From the NCBI GenBank assembly GCA_964386565.1, contig CAYLRU010000002.1:10704-74703 (forward strand): a stretch of DNA of 64,000 nt. Reading direction: 5' to 3'. Below are positions 1 to 11,929 of the stretch, piece by piece. The DNA comes from an uncultured Desulfobacteraceae bacterium (GTDB taxonomy: Bacteria > Desulfobacterota > Desulfobacteria > Desulfobacterales > UBA5616). Under the pieces are notes generated by a model. The model was given only the letters and a program-made list of their open reading frames with translations, ran no database searches and was not told where the DNA came from. A program made the position numbers and the translations under genes. How positions within the stretch are numbered: position 1 is the stretch's first letter; every line of letters starts with the position of its first letter.

Positions 1-1649
<1,649 letters not shown>

Positions 1650-1774
1650 ACGGTTTATCTGATCCTCAAATTTCTTCTAATAATAAAGGACTAAAAACAA
1701 ACAGCCGGAAGGTGAACAGCAGGTTTTTTTAACCTTTCACCAACAGCCTTCCAACCTTCAACATTAATTCTGAC

Positions 1775-2332
1775 TCAGAGCTGCTCCACGGTTATGGATT
1801 CATTGGTGTATATGCATAAAGAGGCTGCAATTTTCATGGCTTCCTCGACAATCTCCTTTGCTTCCATATCCGTTTGGCGCATAAGGGCCAGGGCAGCAGC
1901 CTGGGCAGCGGTCCCGCCGGACCCGATGCCGATGATCGCTTCATCCGGCTCGATCACGTCCCCGTTGCCGGATATCACGTATATCCGGGATTCATCAACG
2001 GCAATCATAATGGCTTCAAGACGCCTTAAGTATTTATCCGTGCGCCAATCCCTGGCCAACTCCACGGCGGCCCGGGTCAGGTTCCCGTTATACCGTTCCA
2101 GTTTGCCTTCCAGGCGTTCGGAGAGATTCATCGCATCTGCCGTTGCACCGGCAAATCCGACGATGATCCTGTCATTATATATTTTCCGCACTTTTTTGGC
2201 CGAATGTTTGACCACGGTGTTGTTCAACGTCACCTGGCCGTCACCGGCCACCACCACCTTTCCGTTTCGCCTTGCGGCAAGTATGGTCGTCCCGTGAAAG
2301 TCCATATTCATTTTACCAAATCCCATTTGCAT
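1775..2332 (-). CDS. hslV: ATP-dependent protease peptidase subunit HslV (true start may be ATG 2311 or 2305)
   Basis: HGTTIL with N-terminal Thr nucleophile, [26 protein letters not shown]; adjacent to hslU. Confidence 0.97.
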   Translation of the reverse strand: MQMGFGKMNMDFHGTTILAARRNGKVVVAGDGQVTLNNTVVKHSAKKVRKIYNDRIIVGFAGATADAMNLSERLEGKLERYNGNLTRAAVELARDWRTDKYLRRLEAIMIAVDESRIYVISGNGDVIEPDEAIIGIGSGGTAAQAAALALMRQTDMEAKEIVEEAMKIAASLCIYTNESITVEQL

Positions 2333-2373
2333 ACCAAATAACCATTATCCTATCCCCGGCAGCCGATACCCAA

Positions 2374-3300
2374 TCACTTCCTCGGATGGGATTTATCATA
2401 AACCTGCATCAGCTTATCGATACTCACATGGGTATATTTCTGCGTGGTGGAGAGACTCTTATGGCCCAACAGCTCCTGGACCACTCTCAAATCCGCACCA
2501 GCGTCAAGCATGTGAGTGGCAAACGAATGCCTGAATGCATGGGGAGATACAGGGGTGGAAATACCGCATGCCTTGGCCACACCGGCCAAAATTCGGGCAA
2601 TGGAACGTGTGGAGAGCCGCGTGCCGTTTTTATTTAAAAACAGGGGTCTGTTTTTGTCAGACCCTGCATCCATCTTTTGCCCCGACATTTCCAGATATCG
2701 CAAAACGGACTTTAAGGCGTTTTCGCCGACAGGTACAATCCTTTCCTTATCTCCCTTTCCTTTCACCCGGACCAGGGTCTGAAAAAAGTCCACATCGCCT
2801 GCATTTAACCCGGCCAGCTCCGAAACCCGGATACCTGTGGAATACATCAGTTCGAATATGGCCCTGTTTCTTACTCCCAACAGATCTTCTTTGCAGATGG
2901 AGTCCAGCAGCCTGAACATATCATCCACGGGAAGGTAGGTTGGAATTCCCTGATCCTGCTTGGGCGTATGAATCAAATCGGCAGGATTGTTCTGCAAAAC
3001 GCCGTGTTTGACCAGAAAGTTGAAAAAAGACCGAATGGCGGACAGTTTTCTCGCCATGGTCGCCTTGTTGTTTTTTTTATGGAGAAAGCCCAAAAAACCA
3101 CGAATAGCCAGCCCGTCCACCTGATCCGGCATTATGTCTTTTTGCTCAACCCCGCGGTAACGTCCTAAAAAGCCCGAAAATTCCTTCAAATCTTTTTCAT
3201 AAGCCCTGCAGGTATTGATTGAATACCCTTTTTCAGAGGACAAAGATTCCACAAAGGTCATTGTCAATGCTTCAAGGGAGGCGGTATTCATCCGTAACAT
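2374..3300 (-). CDS. xerC: Tyrosine recombinase XerC
   Basis: TGIRVSEL, GKGDKER, HAFRHSFATH, LLGH, TQKY catalytic residues; xerC-hslV-hslU synteny. Confidence 0.9.
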   Translation of the reverse strand: MLRMNTASLEALTMTFVESLSSEKGYSINTCRAYEKDLKEFSGFLGRYRGVEQKDIMPDQVDGLAIRGFLGFLHKKNNKATMARKLSAIRSFFNFLVKHGVLQNNPADLIHTPKQDQGIPTYLPVDDMFRLLDSICKEDLLGVRNRAIFELMYSTGIRVSELAGLNAGDVDFFQTLVRVKGKGDKERIVPVGENALKSVLRYLEMSGQKMDAGSDKNRPLFLNKNGTRLSTRSIARILAGVAKACGISTPVSPHAFRHSFATHMLDAGADLRVVQELLGHKSLSTTQKYTHVSIDKLMQVYDKSHPRK

Positions 3301-3343
3301 CCCCCACCGGTGAATCGCAATCGATCCCGTACGAAAAACATTT

Positions 3344-3673
3344 CTACGCTGCCAGGCGACGGCTTTTCTTTTTCAATCGAATGATGCGTTTGCGCAATAT
3401 GGCGGACATTTTCTGATCATTGGCTTCAAGGGCCATGGCACGATCGGCTTTCAGTTTCCTGATTTTTTGTTTGATTTCCCTGGTGGAAGAACCTTTGTCT
3501 TTGGGGGCTTCGTCAACAATACCCCGCGACTTCTTTATTTCCGAAATCAGCTCTACCTTGTTCATACCATGAACGCCGGTTATTTCGGGAATTTTCATGG
3601 CAATTTCCCGCAGCTCTTTTGACGTCATTTTTTCCAGCGGCTTTTCCCTGGCTTCTTTCTTCTTACTGCCCAT
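3344..3673 (-). CDS. Small basic protein with a Rho N-terminal-like domain
   Basis: LEKMTSKELREIAMKIPEITGVHGMNKVELISEI resembles Rho_N; start moved to ATG 3673, downstream of AAGGAGA. Confidence 0.75.
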   Translation of the reverse strand: MGSKKKEAREKPLEKMTSKELREIAMKIPEITGVHGMNKVELISEIKKSRGIVDEAPKDKGSSTREIKQKIRKLKADRAMALEANDQKMSAILRKRIIRLKKKSRRLAA

Positions 3674-3778
3674 TATAGAACGCATCTCCTTTCCATACCG
3701 GTTTGAAAAGCACAAGCGGAGGCCTTCAAAGCCTCCGCTGTCCGAAACGGCCTCTATTTCATAATTTAGAAAATATAG

Positions 3779-3807
3779 AGTTTATCTATAATTGTTTGAA
3801 ATGTCAA
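3779..3807 (-). promoter_or_regulatory. sigma70-type promoter for the Rho-N gene and probably xerC-hslVU
   Basis: Minus strand TTGACA-N17-TAAACT. Confidence 0.7.
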
Positions 3808-3914
3808 TAGTCTCCGTGGCGAAACAACACTTTTTTATCCTTCCCCCGTTCCGGTCGGCCGTATTCACAGAACAGGTCGGGACAATGAACAAAATCAAGA
3901 TTCGCCCGGTTGCC

Positions 3915-4679
3915 TTACCCGCTTTCCTCATCCCTATCCATGAGTTTTAAAAATGGTTTAAACAGATCCAGGGGAACGGGGAATATGGTTGTGGTGTTGT
4001 TCTCCGCGGACATTTCATTCATGGTCTGCAGATAACGAAGTTGCAGGGCTATGGGATGACTCTTCATAATGGCCGATGCCTCGGTGAGCTTGGTCGCCGC
4101 CTGGTACTCGCCTTCGGCATTGATGACCTTGGCCCGCCGATCCCGCTCGGCTTCGGCCTGCCGGGCCATGGCACGCTGCATTTCCTGTGGAAGATCAATA
4201 TGCTTGAGCTCCACCGTGGCCACTTTTATACCCCAGGGATCCGTATGGGTATCGAGAATTTCCTGGAGTTCCAGGTTGATCTTGTCCCGTTCGGACAACA
4301 GATCGTCAAGTTCCGCCTGACCACAGACACTCCGGATAGTGGTCTGGGCAAGCTGGCTCATGGCATAAGCGTAGTTCTCAACCTCAATCACCGCCTTTAT
4401 GGGGTCCACCACCCTGAAATAGATGACGGCATTGACCTTCACCGACACGTTGTCGCGGGTGATAACGTCCTGGGGATCCACATCCAGGGCCACCAGCCGC
4501 AGGCTCACCTTCTCCATTTTGTCGATCACCGGTATCAGGATGATCAATCCCGGACCCTTGGCTTTCAAAACGCGGCCCAGCCGAAACACCACGCCCCTTT
4601 CGTATTCATTTAAAATACGTATGGCCGCCGAAAGAAAAAAGGTCACCAAAACAACAATTGCAATAATTTGGAACAGCAT
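3915..4679 (-). CDS. Stomatin/slipin (SPFH) family protein
   Basis: N-terminal [49 protein letters not shown]. Confidence 0.93.
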   Translation of the reverse strand: MLFQIIAIVVLVTFFLSAAIRILNEYERGVVFRLGRVLKAKGPGLIILIPVIDKMEKVSLRLVALDVDPQDVITRDNVSVKVNAVIYFRVVDPIKAVIEVENYAYAMSQLAQTTIRSVCGQAELDDLLSERDKINLELQEILDTHTDPWGIKVATVELKHIDLPQEMQRAMARQAEAERDRRAKVINAEGEYQAATKLTEASAIMKSHPIALQLRYLQTMNEMSAENNTTTIFPVPLDLFKPFLKLMDRDEESG

Positions 4680-4753
4680 GATACGACTCCTTTTTTAATG
4701 TTGACATGCAGCCTGTATCCGTGCGCAAACTCACCAGCAAGCCGGCACACCCA

Positions 4754-6031
4754 CTACTCAACAGGCTCAACCTCGATTATAAGGTTCTCCACCTTCTTCA
4801 CCCTGACCCGCGTGCCCGCTTCAACCGGCTTTGCAGATACGGCATTCCAGATTTCTCCATGGACAAATACCTTGCCCTCGGGTGAAAGGGGCTTTTTTAC
4901 AACACCGATCTCTCCTATAAGCCCGTTGCTGCCTGTTCTGGGCCTCGAGATCTGGGTCTTGAACACCAGTCCGGCCACCACCACGAAAAAGCCGGATATC
5001 AGGGTTAATGTCGGCAACATCACCTGCCATGAAACCCGCATACCCGGGCTGTCGCTGTCGAACAACATCAGGGAGCCCAGCAGAAAACTGGTGACCCCGG
5101 CAACGCTTAAAAGGCCGTAGCTGGCCACTTTCATCTCCATGATAAAGAAAATGATCGCCAGAACGATCAACAGGATCCCCGCATAATTCACCGGCAGGGT
5201 CTGGAACGCAAAAAAGGCCAGAATGATGGAGATACCGCCGATAACACCCGGAAAGATCGTACCGGGATGGGACAACTCAAAATACAGACCAGCCAGTCCC
5301 AGCATCATGAGCATGTAAGCGATGTTGGGATCGCTGATGGTTTTTAAAATCTTCGTCCTCAGACCTTCCTCGATGACCTTTTTAACGGCACCGTCGAGTT
5401 TCAGAATTCCCTTGTCACCGAGGTCCATCCCGTTTATCTGCCGAATCAAATCATCGACATCATCGGCCACCACATCGATGATCTTTTCTTTCAGTGCCTC
5501 GGTCTCCGTGACCGAAACACTCTCACGGATGGCGCTTTCAACCCACTGGGCGTTTCTCCCTCTTTTTTCCGCCACACTCCGGGCATGGGCGACCATGTCG
5601 TTGACGATCTTTTCCCCCATGGTCTTACCGATTTTCTCCCCACCCGCCCCCACCGGATGAGCCGCGCCGATATTCGTTCCCGGCGCCATGGCGGCGATAT
5701 CCGCGGCCATGGTGATCATCACGCCTGCGGAAGCGGCCCTGGCCCCGCTGGGCGATACATAAACCACCACCGGAACCGGGCTCCCCAATATACTCATCAC
5801 GATATCCCTCATGGACTCGGCCAACCCGCCGGGGGTGTCCAACTGGATAATCAGGCAGGCGGCATTTTTTCTTGAAGCCGTTTTCACGCCGTTTTCTATA
5901 AAATCGGCCACACCCGGACTGATCGCATCGGACACGGTGAGAATATAAATCTCATTGGACCGGGCCCAGACGAATCCCGGGGAAAACGCCCAGAACAGTA
6001 TCAGAAAAGCAAGCAGGTGTTTAAATCGCAT
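4754..6031 (-). CDS. nfeD: NfeD family membrane-bound serine protease
   Basis: Signal peptide, LDTPGG, AASAG, TNIGAAHPV, TM bundle, C-terminal OB fold (GEIWNA); paired with stomatin. Start taken at ATG 6031. Confidence 0.9.
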   Translation of the reverse strand: MRFKHLLAFLILFWAFSPGFVWARSNEIYILTVSDAISPGVADFIENGVKTASRKNAACLIIQLDTPGGLAESMRDIVMSILGSPVPVVVYVSPSGARAASAGVMITMAADIAAMAPGTNIGAAHPVGAGGEKIGKTMGEKIVNDMVAHARSVAEKRGRNAQWVESAIRESVSVTETEALKEKIIDVVADDVDDLIRQINGMDLGDKGILKLDGAVKKVIEEGLRTKILKTISDPNIAYMLMMLGLAGLYFELSHPGTIFPGVIGGISIILAFFAFQTLPVNYAGILLIVLAIIFFIMEMKVASYGLLSVAGVTSFLLGSLMLFDSDSPGMRVSWQVMLPTLTLISGFFVVVAGLVFKTQISRPRTGSNGLIGEIGVVKKPLSPEGKVFVHGEIWNAVSAKPVEAGTRVRVKKVENLIIEVEPVE

Positions 6032-6083
6032 TTTATTCACCTTTTCCCACCCGGATATATATATCATAAACCGGGAAATTGAT

Positions 6084-6109
6084 TAGAATCGGTTTCAAAA
6101 CCGCTTCTA
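6084..6109. repeat. 26-bp imperfect palindrome, apparently a collapsed copy of the MITE-like element at 62001-62133
   Basis: TAGAATCGGTTTCAAAACCGCTTCTA contains both terminal repeats of the 62 kb element and overlaps the UDG stop codon. Confidence 0.6.
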
Positions 6110-6805
6110 AAGTCCCATTTTCTTCATCAACAGCTTCATATCCTCCCATACATCCCGCTTTTTTTCCGGATTTCTGAGTAGATAAGAGGGGTGATACGTC
6201 GGCAGCAACCTGATACCGTCAAGCGTGTAAAACCGGCCTCTGAGTTGGGATATGGGTTTCCGGATCCCCAACAGGGTTTGGGCGGCCACAGCGCCCAGCG
6301 CACAGATAAAATCCGGTTTAATCGCCTCAATCTGTCTTTTTAAAAACGGAAAACATGCTGAAATCTCCTCCGGCTCCGGATTCCTGTTGGCCGGCGGCCT
6401 GCACTTGACAATATTGCAGATATACACCTCATCCCGGGAGAGTTTTATGGATTCTATAATCCTGGTCAACAGTTGCCCGGCAGCCCCGACAAACGGCTTG
6501 CCGGTTCTGTCCTCCTCATTTCCGGGCCCCTCGCCGACAAAGACAAGAACAGCGTTTTCATTGCCTTCGCCAAAGACGATATGCCTGCGATTATCCCCAA
6601 GCCTGCACCGCCTGCAATCCTTCAAATCCTGCCGGATGTTGTCCAACCCCGTGCAAACCGGCTTTTCTTTTCTTCCCAGGATTTTGAGTGTTTCCAAGGT
6701 GTTCTCAGTACACGAAAAGCCGTGACACCCCATGTCTCTAAGGTATTCCAGATAGTTGCCCACGTCCCCGAGGACGGACGACACGGTTGCAGCGGAATCT
6801 TTCAT
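6107..6805 (-). CDS. Uracil-DNA glycosylase family 4 (Fe-S)
   Basis: CRRCRL, GEGPG, PFVGAAG, NIVKCRPP, TYHPS. Confidence 0.93.
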   Translation of the reverse strand: MKDSAATVSSVLGDVGNYLEYLRDMGCHGFSCTENTLETLKILGRKEKPVCTGLDNIRQDLKDCRRCRLGDNRRHIVFGEGNENAVLVFVGEGPGNEEDRTGKPFVGAAGQLLTRIIESIKLSRDEVYICNIVKCRPPANRNPEPEEISACFPFLKRQIEAIKPDFICALGAVAAQTLLGIRKPISQLRGRFYTLDGIRLLPTYHPSYLLRNPEKKRDVWEDMKLLMKKMGL

Positions 6806-6862
6806 GATTTTTTCCGGTCGAAAGCCATCCGGCTATGAACAAAGGCTTTCACCCTTAACCTT

Positions 6863-8092
6863 TCAACTTTGAACTTCATCCTTTCCCTTTCCACCTGCCA
6901 TCATATCCCGAACCCGGTCCAGCAGGATATGGGCGACGTCATTCTTTCCCATGACAGGCAGCGATTCCCTGCGCCCGTCTCTGAAAAACAAGGTCACCTT
7001 GTTGGTATCGGTCTGAAAACCGGAATCCGGGATGTTCACCAGATTTCCGACAATCATGTCGAGGTTTTTTTCCTCCAGCTTCTGGCCGGCGTGCTTCTCC
7101 AGTGATTCGGTTTCCGCGGCAAATCCCACGAGAATCCGGTCTGACTTGTTCTTCCCCAGTTCTCTTAAAATATCCATGTTTTTGGTCAACTCCAGGGTCA
7201 TTTCCTCATTGACCTTTTTGATCTTCTGAACGGCCATGGACTTTGGGCGGTAATCCGAAACCGCAGCCGTCTTGATAATAATCTCGGCATCCCGCATCCT
7301 GTCGAATACGGCTTCGGCCATTTCAGCGGCGGTATTTACATAAATGACGTCCGTATTGTAGGGTCGGGGCACATTGACCGGACCGGACACAAGGGTCACG
7401 ACGGCACCGCGATGCTCAGCAGCCCTGGCGATTGCGTATCCCATTTTTCCGGAAGACGGATTACTGATGAACCGAACGGGATCAATGGGCTCCCGGGTGG
7501 GACCTGCCGAAATCAGGACTTTTTTTCCTTCAAAATCCTTTGGCGACAGGCAGGCGATGAGCCTGTCCAAAATGACCTCGGGTTCCGGCAGACGGCCCGG
7601 TCCATGGGCGCCGCATGCCAAGTCACCGGCATCCGGCTGGATCACGGTTAATCCGTCTTTTTCCAGCAGTGCCAGGTTCCGCTGCACCGGAGGGCTTAAA
7701 TACATATTGGTATTCATGGAAGGGCAGATCAGCATCGGGGCGGTCACGGCCAATACAAACGTGCTGAGCGCATCATCAGCAATACCGTTGGCCATTTTAC
7801 CGATAATATTGGCCGTTGCCGGTGCGATAATGACCGCGTGGGCTTCTTCAGCCCACTTAATATGTCCGATAGCAGCATCGTCATGGTGTTCAAAAAGATC
7901 CGAGCAGACCGGTCGGCCGGACAATGCCTCAAACGTACCGGGACCCACAAACCACTTTGCATTATCGGTCATCAGGACCCTGACGTCGGCTCCTGATTTG
8001 GTCAGCAGCCTTAACAGTTCAACACTCTTATAGGCTGCGATACCGCCGCAGACTCCCAATACGATATGTTTGTTTTTTAACATCGTCGTCAT
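6863..8092 (-). CDS. coaBC: Bifunctional phosphopantothenoylcysteine decarboxylase/synthetase
   Basis: [48 protein letters not shown]; start at ATG 8092 with GAGGAG SD. Confidence 0.96.
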   Translation of the reverse strand: MTTMLKNKHIVLGVCGGIAAYKSVELLRLLTKSGADVRVLMTDNAKWFVGPGTFEALSGRPVCSDLFEHHDDAAIGHIKWAEEAHAVIIAPATANIIGKMANGIADDALSTFVLAVTAPMLICPSMNTNMYLSPPVQRNLALLEKDGLTVIQPDAGDLACGAHGPGRLPEPEVILDRLIACLSPKDFEGKKVLISAGPTREPIDPVRFISNPSSGKMGYAIARAAEHRGAVVTLVSGPVNVPRPYNTDVIYVNTAAEMAEAVFDRMRDAEIIIKTAAVSDYRPKSMAVQKIKKVNEEMTLELTKNMDILRELGKNKSDRILVGFAAETESLEKHAGQKLEEKNLDMIVGNLVNIPDSGFQTDTNKVTLFFRDGRRESLPVMGKNDVAHILLDRVRDMMAGGKGKDEVQS

Positions 8093-8132
8093 AAACAGGC
8101 ATCTCCTCACATAAAAAAACAGGCAGGCCCTT

Positions 8133-8630
8133 CTATTTGTAAAGTCCTGGTAATTCCCCCTCAGCCGTGGGTGCCACGCCGATTTCGACATGCGTACTAA
8201 AATCACCCGCGCTGATGCTGATCACACACCACCGGCGGGCCTTTTTGAAAAGCAAGAATGTGCTGGTCCTGGGTGATTTAAATATGGAGATGGCTTCCCA
8301 GTTATCCTTGGCCATATTGGTTTGAAAAAAAGAAATCAGCACATTGCGATTTATCCGTCCTTCAAAGACCAGGATGCCGGTGGCGAATCCCGAGGTTTGA
8401 ACCACGTAGGTGGACTTGTCATCCACTTTTAGTTCACCGGGAATCAGAATATCCGAAAAATCATAATATCTCGGAGCATTTTTATTTTTTCCCGGCGAAG
8501 TGGAAAGGGATGAAGATCCGGATGTCCCCATGACCTGTGAACCGGCACAGCCTGAAACCAGGAAACACCCCCCCACAAACACCATCATGATCGCCGCCAT
8601 CCGCATCTTCTTTCTATAACCGTATCCCAT
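8133..8630 (-). CDS. Hypothetical lipoprotein
   Basis: Signal peptide with lipobox LVSGC, SD GGAGG, in line with neighbouring genes. Confidence 0.75.
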   Translation of the reverse strand: MGYGYRKKMRMAAIMMVFVGGCFLVSGCAGSQVMGTSGSSSLSTSPGKNKNAPRYYDFSDILIPGELKVDDKSTYVVQTSGFATGILVFEGRINRNVLISFFQTNMAKDNWEAISIFKSPRTSTFLLFKKARRWCVISISAGDFSTHVEIGVAPTAEGELPGLYK

Positions 8631-8657
8631 GAATTCCTCCTTTTTTTAAAGACCCGT

Positions 8658-8936
8658 TCACTGTTCACCGTTTACGATCCTGTAATATTTTCGATGATAG
8701 TCAAAGACAAGGCGGAGCCATTGCTCATAAAGCGGTCCCAGGTCTTTTCCCGGTTTCCTGCCCCCCTCCCCCTGCCGCATCTGTTGTCTGATACAGGCCA
8801 ATTCGGCGGCCAGATCGTCCCGACAGGGTTCCTGCTGCAGGAGAAACAGGTAAATCTCCGCCGCTTTTTCCAACTGCCCCTGGGCTTCAAAAATCCGGGC
8901 CATGGTTTTCGTCTTGAACACCGTATCAAGGGTCAT
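8658..8936 (-). CDS. Small TPR-like hypothetical protein
   Basis: TKTMARIFEAQGQLEKAAEIYLFLLQQEP is TPR-like; overlaps the ftsB end by 4 nt. Confidence 0.7.
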   Translation of the reverse strand: MTLDTVFKTKTMARIFEAQGQLEKAAEIYLFLLQQEPCRDDLAAELACIRQQMRQGEGGRKPGKDLGPLYEQWLRLVFDYHRKYYRIVNGEQ

Positions 8937-9232
8937 TTCGGTTTATCCTTGGGTTCATCGATCTTAACCACCATTTCTTCTTTTTTTACCATGCCCAGTT
9001 CCTGCCGGGCAACGTTTTCGATATATTCCAGATCATTTTTCAGTCTGTCGATTTCATGGTAGAGAACCACGTTTTCATGCTCAAGCTGCCGGTTCCGTTC
9101 AATTAATCGCTCTTTTTCCATTTGAAGTGACTGCAGATCAAAATACCCGTTATCACTGAACAGAATAAACAAAAGCATGAAAAACATCAATAACATTGCC
9201 GCCCAAATCCATATTTTTTCTTTTGAACTCAA
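8933..9232 (-). CDS. ftsB: Septum formation initiator FtsB/DivIC family
   Basis: N-terminal TM, coiled coil, YIENVARQELGMVK. Confidence 0.85.
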   Translation of the reverse strand: MSSKEKIWIWAAMLLMFFMLLFILFSDNGYFDLQSLQMEKERLIERNRQLEHENVVLYHEIDRLKNDLEYIENVARQELGMVKKEEMVVKIDEPKDKPK

Positions 9233-9249
9233 ATTGTTGCCATCCTGTA

Positions 9250-10797
9250 TCAGCGTCTTTTAAATATCATTTTAAATTCCGGATGTCTCACAAGGCGGGA
9301 ACAGGTGCCGTAAGCGGCAACACCGGCAGCAATGCAGACCGGCACGCCCCATGCGAGCCTTAGCCAAGATCCGGTTTCAGGCAAAATAATCTTCGTCGAA
9401 ATGACGTGCACCACTATCACCATCATCAGTGTACAAAAAACGGTTTTGCCCACGGATATCATGATAGGCCCCATCGCCACGGGGCCGATCTTCCGTCGGA
9501 CATGCCGGAAAAGCAACCCGAAATGGACCATGGAGGCAAGTGATGTGGCCAGTGCCACACCGTTCGGTCCCATGGGCATCATGAGAATGATGCCGAAAAC
9601 GATATTGATCAATATGGTCAAAACAGCCGTCCGGGCCGGTGTGCCCGTATCTTCAACCGCATGAAAAGCCGAAACCACGATACGGACTCCCGAAAACGCC
9701 CAGATTCCCATACCGTAGTACATCAGTGCTTCCGCTGTAAACCGCGCAGCCACGGCATCAAATTGCCCCCTCTGATACAGAAGATCGACGATGGGATGAC
9801 GCAACACGATCAGGCCGGCCATTGACGGTAATACAATGAAAGCCACCATCCTTAAGGCATACGAAAATGTCTCGCACACCGCCGCCCTGTCTCCCGTCAT
9901 CGCCTGCCGCGACAACACCGGCAGTATGGCCGTGGATACGGCCACGGCAAAAATTCCCAGGGGAAACTGAACCACCCGGTCCGCATAGTACAAATAGGAA
10001 ACACCGCCCTCCGGCAAAAACGACGCCAGAAAAGTCCCGACAAAGACATTCACCTGATAGACGGCGGCCCCGAATATCATGGGCAGCATCGACATGCCCG
10101 CCTTTTTAATACCCGGATGGTAAAACGCCATGCGCCTGAACGGGCTGATTCCCTTTTTTATCAAAAACGGAACCTGCAATGCAAGCTGTAATACCCCGCC
10201 GACAACAACGCCAAGAGCAAGCCCCGTTATGGGTTCGTCCATATGGGGTGAAATCCACAGCATGGACCCGATCATGGTGATATTCAATAATACCGGGGCC
10301 AGGGCAGGGGCAGCAAAGTGACCGAGAACATTCAGAAAACCCATGCAAATGGCCACCATGCCGACAAAAAAAACATAGGGGAACATGATGCGCATCAGCA
10401 TAGCGGTCAAAGACAGCTTTTCTACAGACGCCAGGAATCCGGGCGCCATCAAGGCCACGATCGCCGGTGACGCCGCCATCATCGCCAGTACTGCCAGAAC
10501 CAGCACAACCGATATGAGTCTGAAGGCAGAACCGGCAAATTCAAACGCATCAGCCCGATTCTTCTTCACCATTATTTCCGTAAATACGGACACAAATGGC
10601 GCACTCAGGGTGCCTTCAACAAAAAGCCGGCGAAAAAAATCGGGGATCCTGAACGCCACAAAAAAAGCATCCGAAAGAAAGCCGGCACCGAAAAACCAGG
10701 CTATGCAAACATCCCGGATAAAGCCCAGCAACCGGCTTACCAGGGTTAATGCACCGACCACGCCTGCGGCTTTTTTTACGTGCATCTTATCCGACAT
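9250..10797 (-). CDS. murJ: Lipid II flippase MurJ
   Basis: SRLLGFIRD, DAFFVAFRIPD, LYYADRVVQFPLGIF, many TM segments. Confidence 0.96.
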   Translation of the reverse strand: MSDKMHVKKAAGVVGALTLVSRLLGFIRDVCIAWFFGAGFLSDAFFVAFRIPDFFRRLFVEGTLSAPFVSVFTEIMVKKNRADAFEFAGSAFRLISVVLVLAVLAMMAASPAIVALMAPGFLASVEKLSLTAMLMRIMFPYVFFVGMVAICMGFLNVLGHFAAPALAPVLLNITMIGSMLWISPHMDEPITGLALGVVVGGVLQLALQVPFLIKKGISPFRRMAFYHPGIKKAGMSMLPMIFGAAVYQVNVFVGTFLASFLPEGGVSYLYYADRVVQFPLGIFAVAVSTAILPVLSRQAMTGDRAAVCETFSYALRMVAFIVLPSMAGLIVLRHPIVDLLYQRGQFDAVAARFTAEALMYYGMGIWAFSGVRIVVSAFHAVEDTGTPARTAVLTILINIVFGIILMMPMGPNGVALATSLASMVHFGLLFRHVRRKIGPVAMGPIMISVGKTVFCTLMMVIVVHVISTKIILPETGSWLRLAWGVPVCIAAGVAAYGTCSRLVRHPEFKMIFKRR

Positions 10798-10925
10798 TCA
10801 AGATCACAAAATTCCTTGACAAGGTCATTCCAAGCATATAAACATGGGTGGTTAAAATAAAGAGTCCCCCCCATAAAGGTAAATGGCGGGAGATCCGATT
10901 TACGATATGAAAGGAGTTTATCAAT

Positions 10926-11192
10926 TTGGCTAATCACAAGTCTGCAGTGAAACGTGCGCGCCAGAACGAAATTCGGCGGATGCGAAACAAGGCGGTTAAA
11001 ACCAATGTTAAAACCGTGGTGAAAGACGTCCGTCTTTCAATTAGTGAAAATGCCCCGGAAGCGGCTTTACAAAAGCTTGACACCGCCAAATCCGTTATCA
11101 GTAAAGCGGCCAAAAAAGGAGTCATTCATAAAAAAACCGCAGCGCGCAAAATATCCCGTTTGGCAAAAAGCATTACTAAAATAACGACCTGA
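10926..11192 (+). CDS. rpsT: 30S ribosomal protein S20
   Basis: MANHKSAVKRARQ...KGVIHKKTAARKISRL; TTG start with AAGGAG SD. Confidence 0.98.
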   Translation: MANHKSAVKRARQNEIRRMRNKAVKTNVKTVVKDVRLSISENAPEAALQKLDTAKSVISKAAKKGVIHKKTAARKISRLAKSITKITT

Positions 11193-11306
11193 CACCGACT
11201 TTAACAAATAACCTGGTTTTAGAGAAAACGTGCTGTTCCTGAAGATCCCCCACAGTCCGGTTGAGCCCGGGAAACGGGTTTGCCGGTGCGGCCTAACCGG
11301 GTTTTC

Positions 11307-11858
11307 TCAGCGCTTCCATGTCAGTATCTGGTAAATATCCCGGGCCGTTTTCACTGATATTTTCGAAACGGCCGCCCGCCTGTTCAGTTCTGTTTCACGC
11401 TTATCCGGCGATACGCTGTAGGTTTCACTTCTTCTCATATTCGTCTTTGACCACAATACCGTGCCGTCCTTGTCTTCGAATATGATATCCACCACCACGG
11501 CGACACGACGCTCGAGCGGAATATAACTTCCCCGGCGGGACACGGTATCGATTTTCATGTTTTTTATAACCCCCTTAAACACCCCCTGGGCACGATTTGG
11601 GGGGACAACCGACACCCTGCCGTCTTTTGTCAGCTCGTCAATCAAATCGTTGGTAAAGATGCTTTCCATCCCGATCTCGGATGTACGGTTTTCAAACATC
11701 AAAACACTGATCCGCCGGATTCCAAAAGGCGGCGTATCTCCGCCTGAAAACCGATACGCACAGGACGGCATCAGAGCCGTCATCATCAGCGCAACAACCC
11801 GTATCACCCACCTTGTCTGACTTGCTTTTCTCAAACGTTTCCCCCTCTGCTCATCCAA
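11307..11858 (-). CDS. lptE: LPS assembly lipoprotein LptE family (start uncertain)
   Basis: Lipobox-like PSCAYRF, MFENRTSE; downstream of leuS as is typical. Confidence 0.8.
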   Translation of the reverse strand: MDEQRGKRLRKASQTRWVIRVVALMMTALMPSCAYRFSGGDTPPFGIRRISVLMFENRTSEIGMESIFTNDLIDELTKDGRVSVVPPNRAQGVFKGVIKNMKIDTVSRRGSYIPLERRVAVVVDIIFEDKDGTVLWSKTNMRRSETYSVSPDKRETELNRRAAVSKISVKTARDIYQILTWKR

Positions 11859-11929
11859 GCCTTGACATCATCTTATGTTTTTCCTGCTCACTGTCCACCG
11901 TCCACCGTTCTCCGTTTTGGAAACCATTT

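Noticed and set aside
2374-3300. Tyrosine recombinase as a sign of a prophage or integrative element
   Set aside because: Size, motifs and hslVU context indicate housekeeping XerC; no att sites or cargo genes.
11255-11300. Possible c-di-GMP-I riboswitch (GGCAAACC on the minus strand, GAAA loop on the plus strand)
   Set aside because: The two elements are on opposite strands, the GCAAAG second stem is missing, and the site is between convergent genes.
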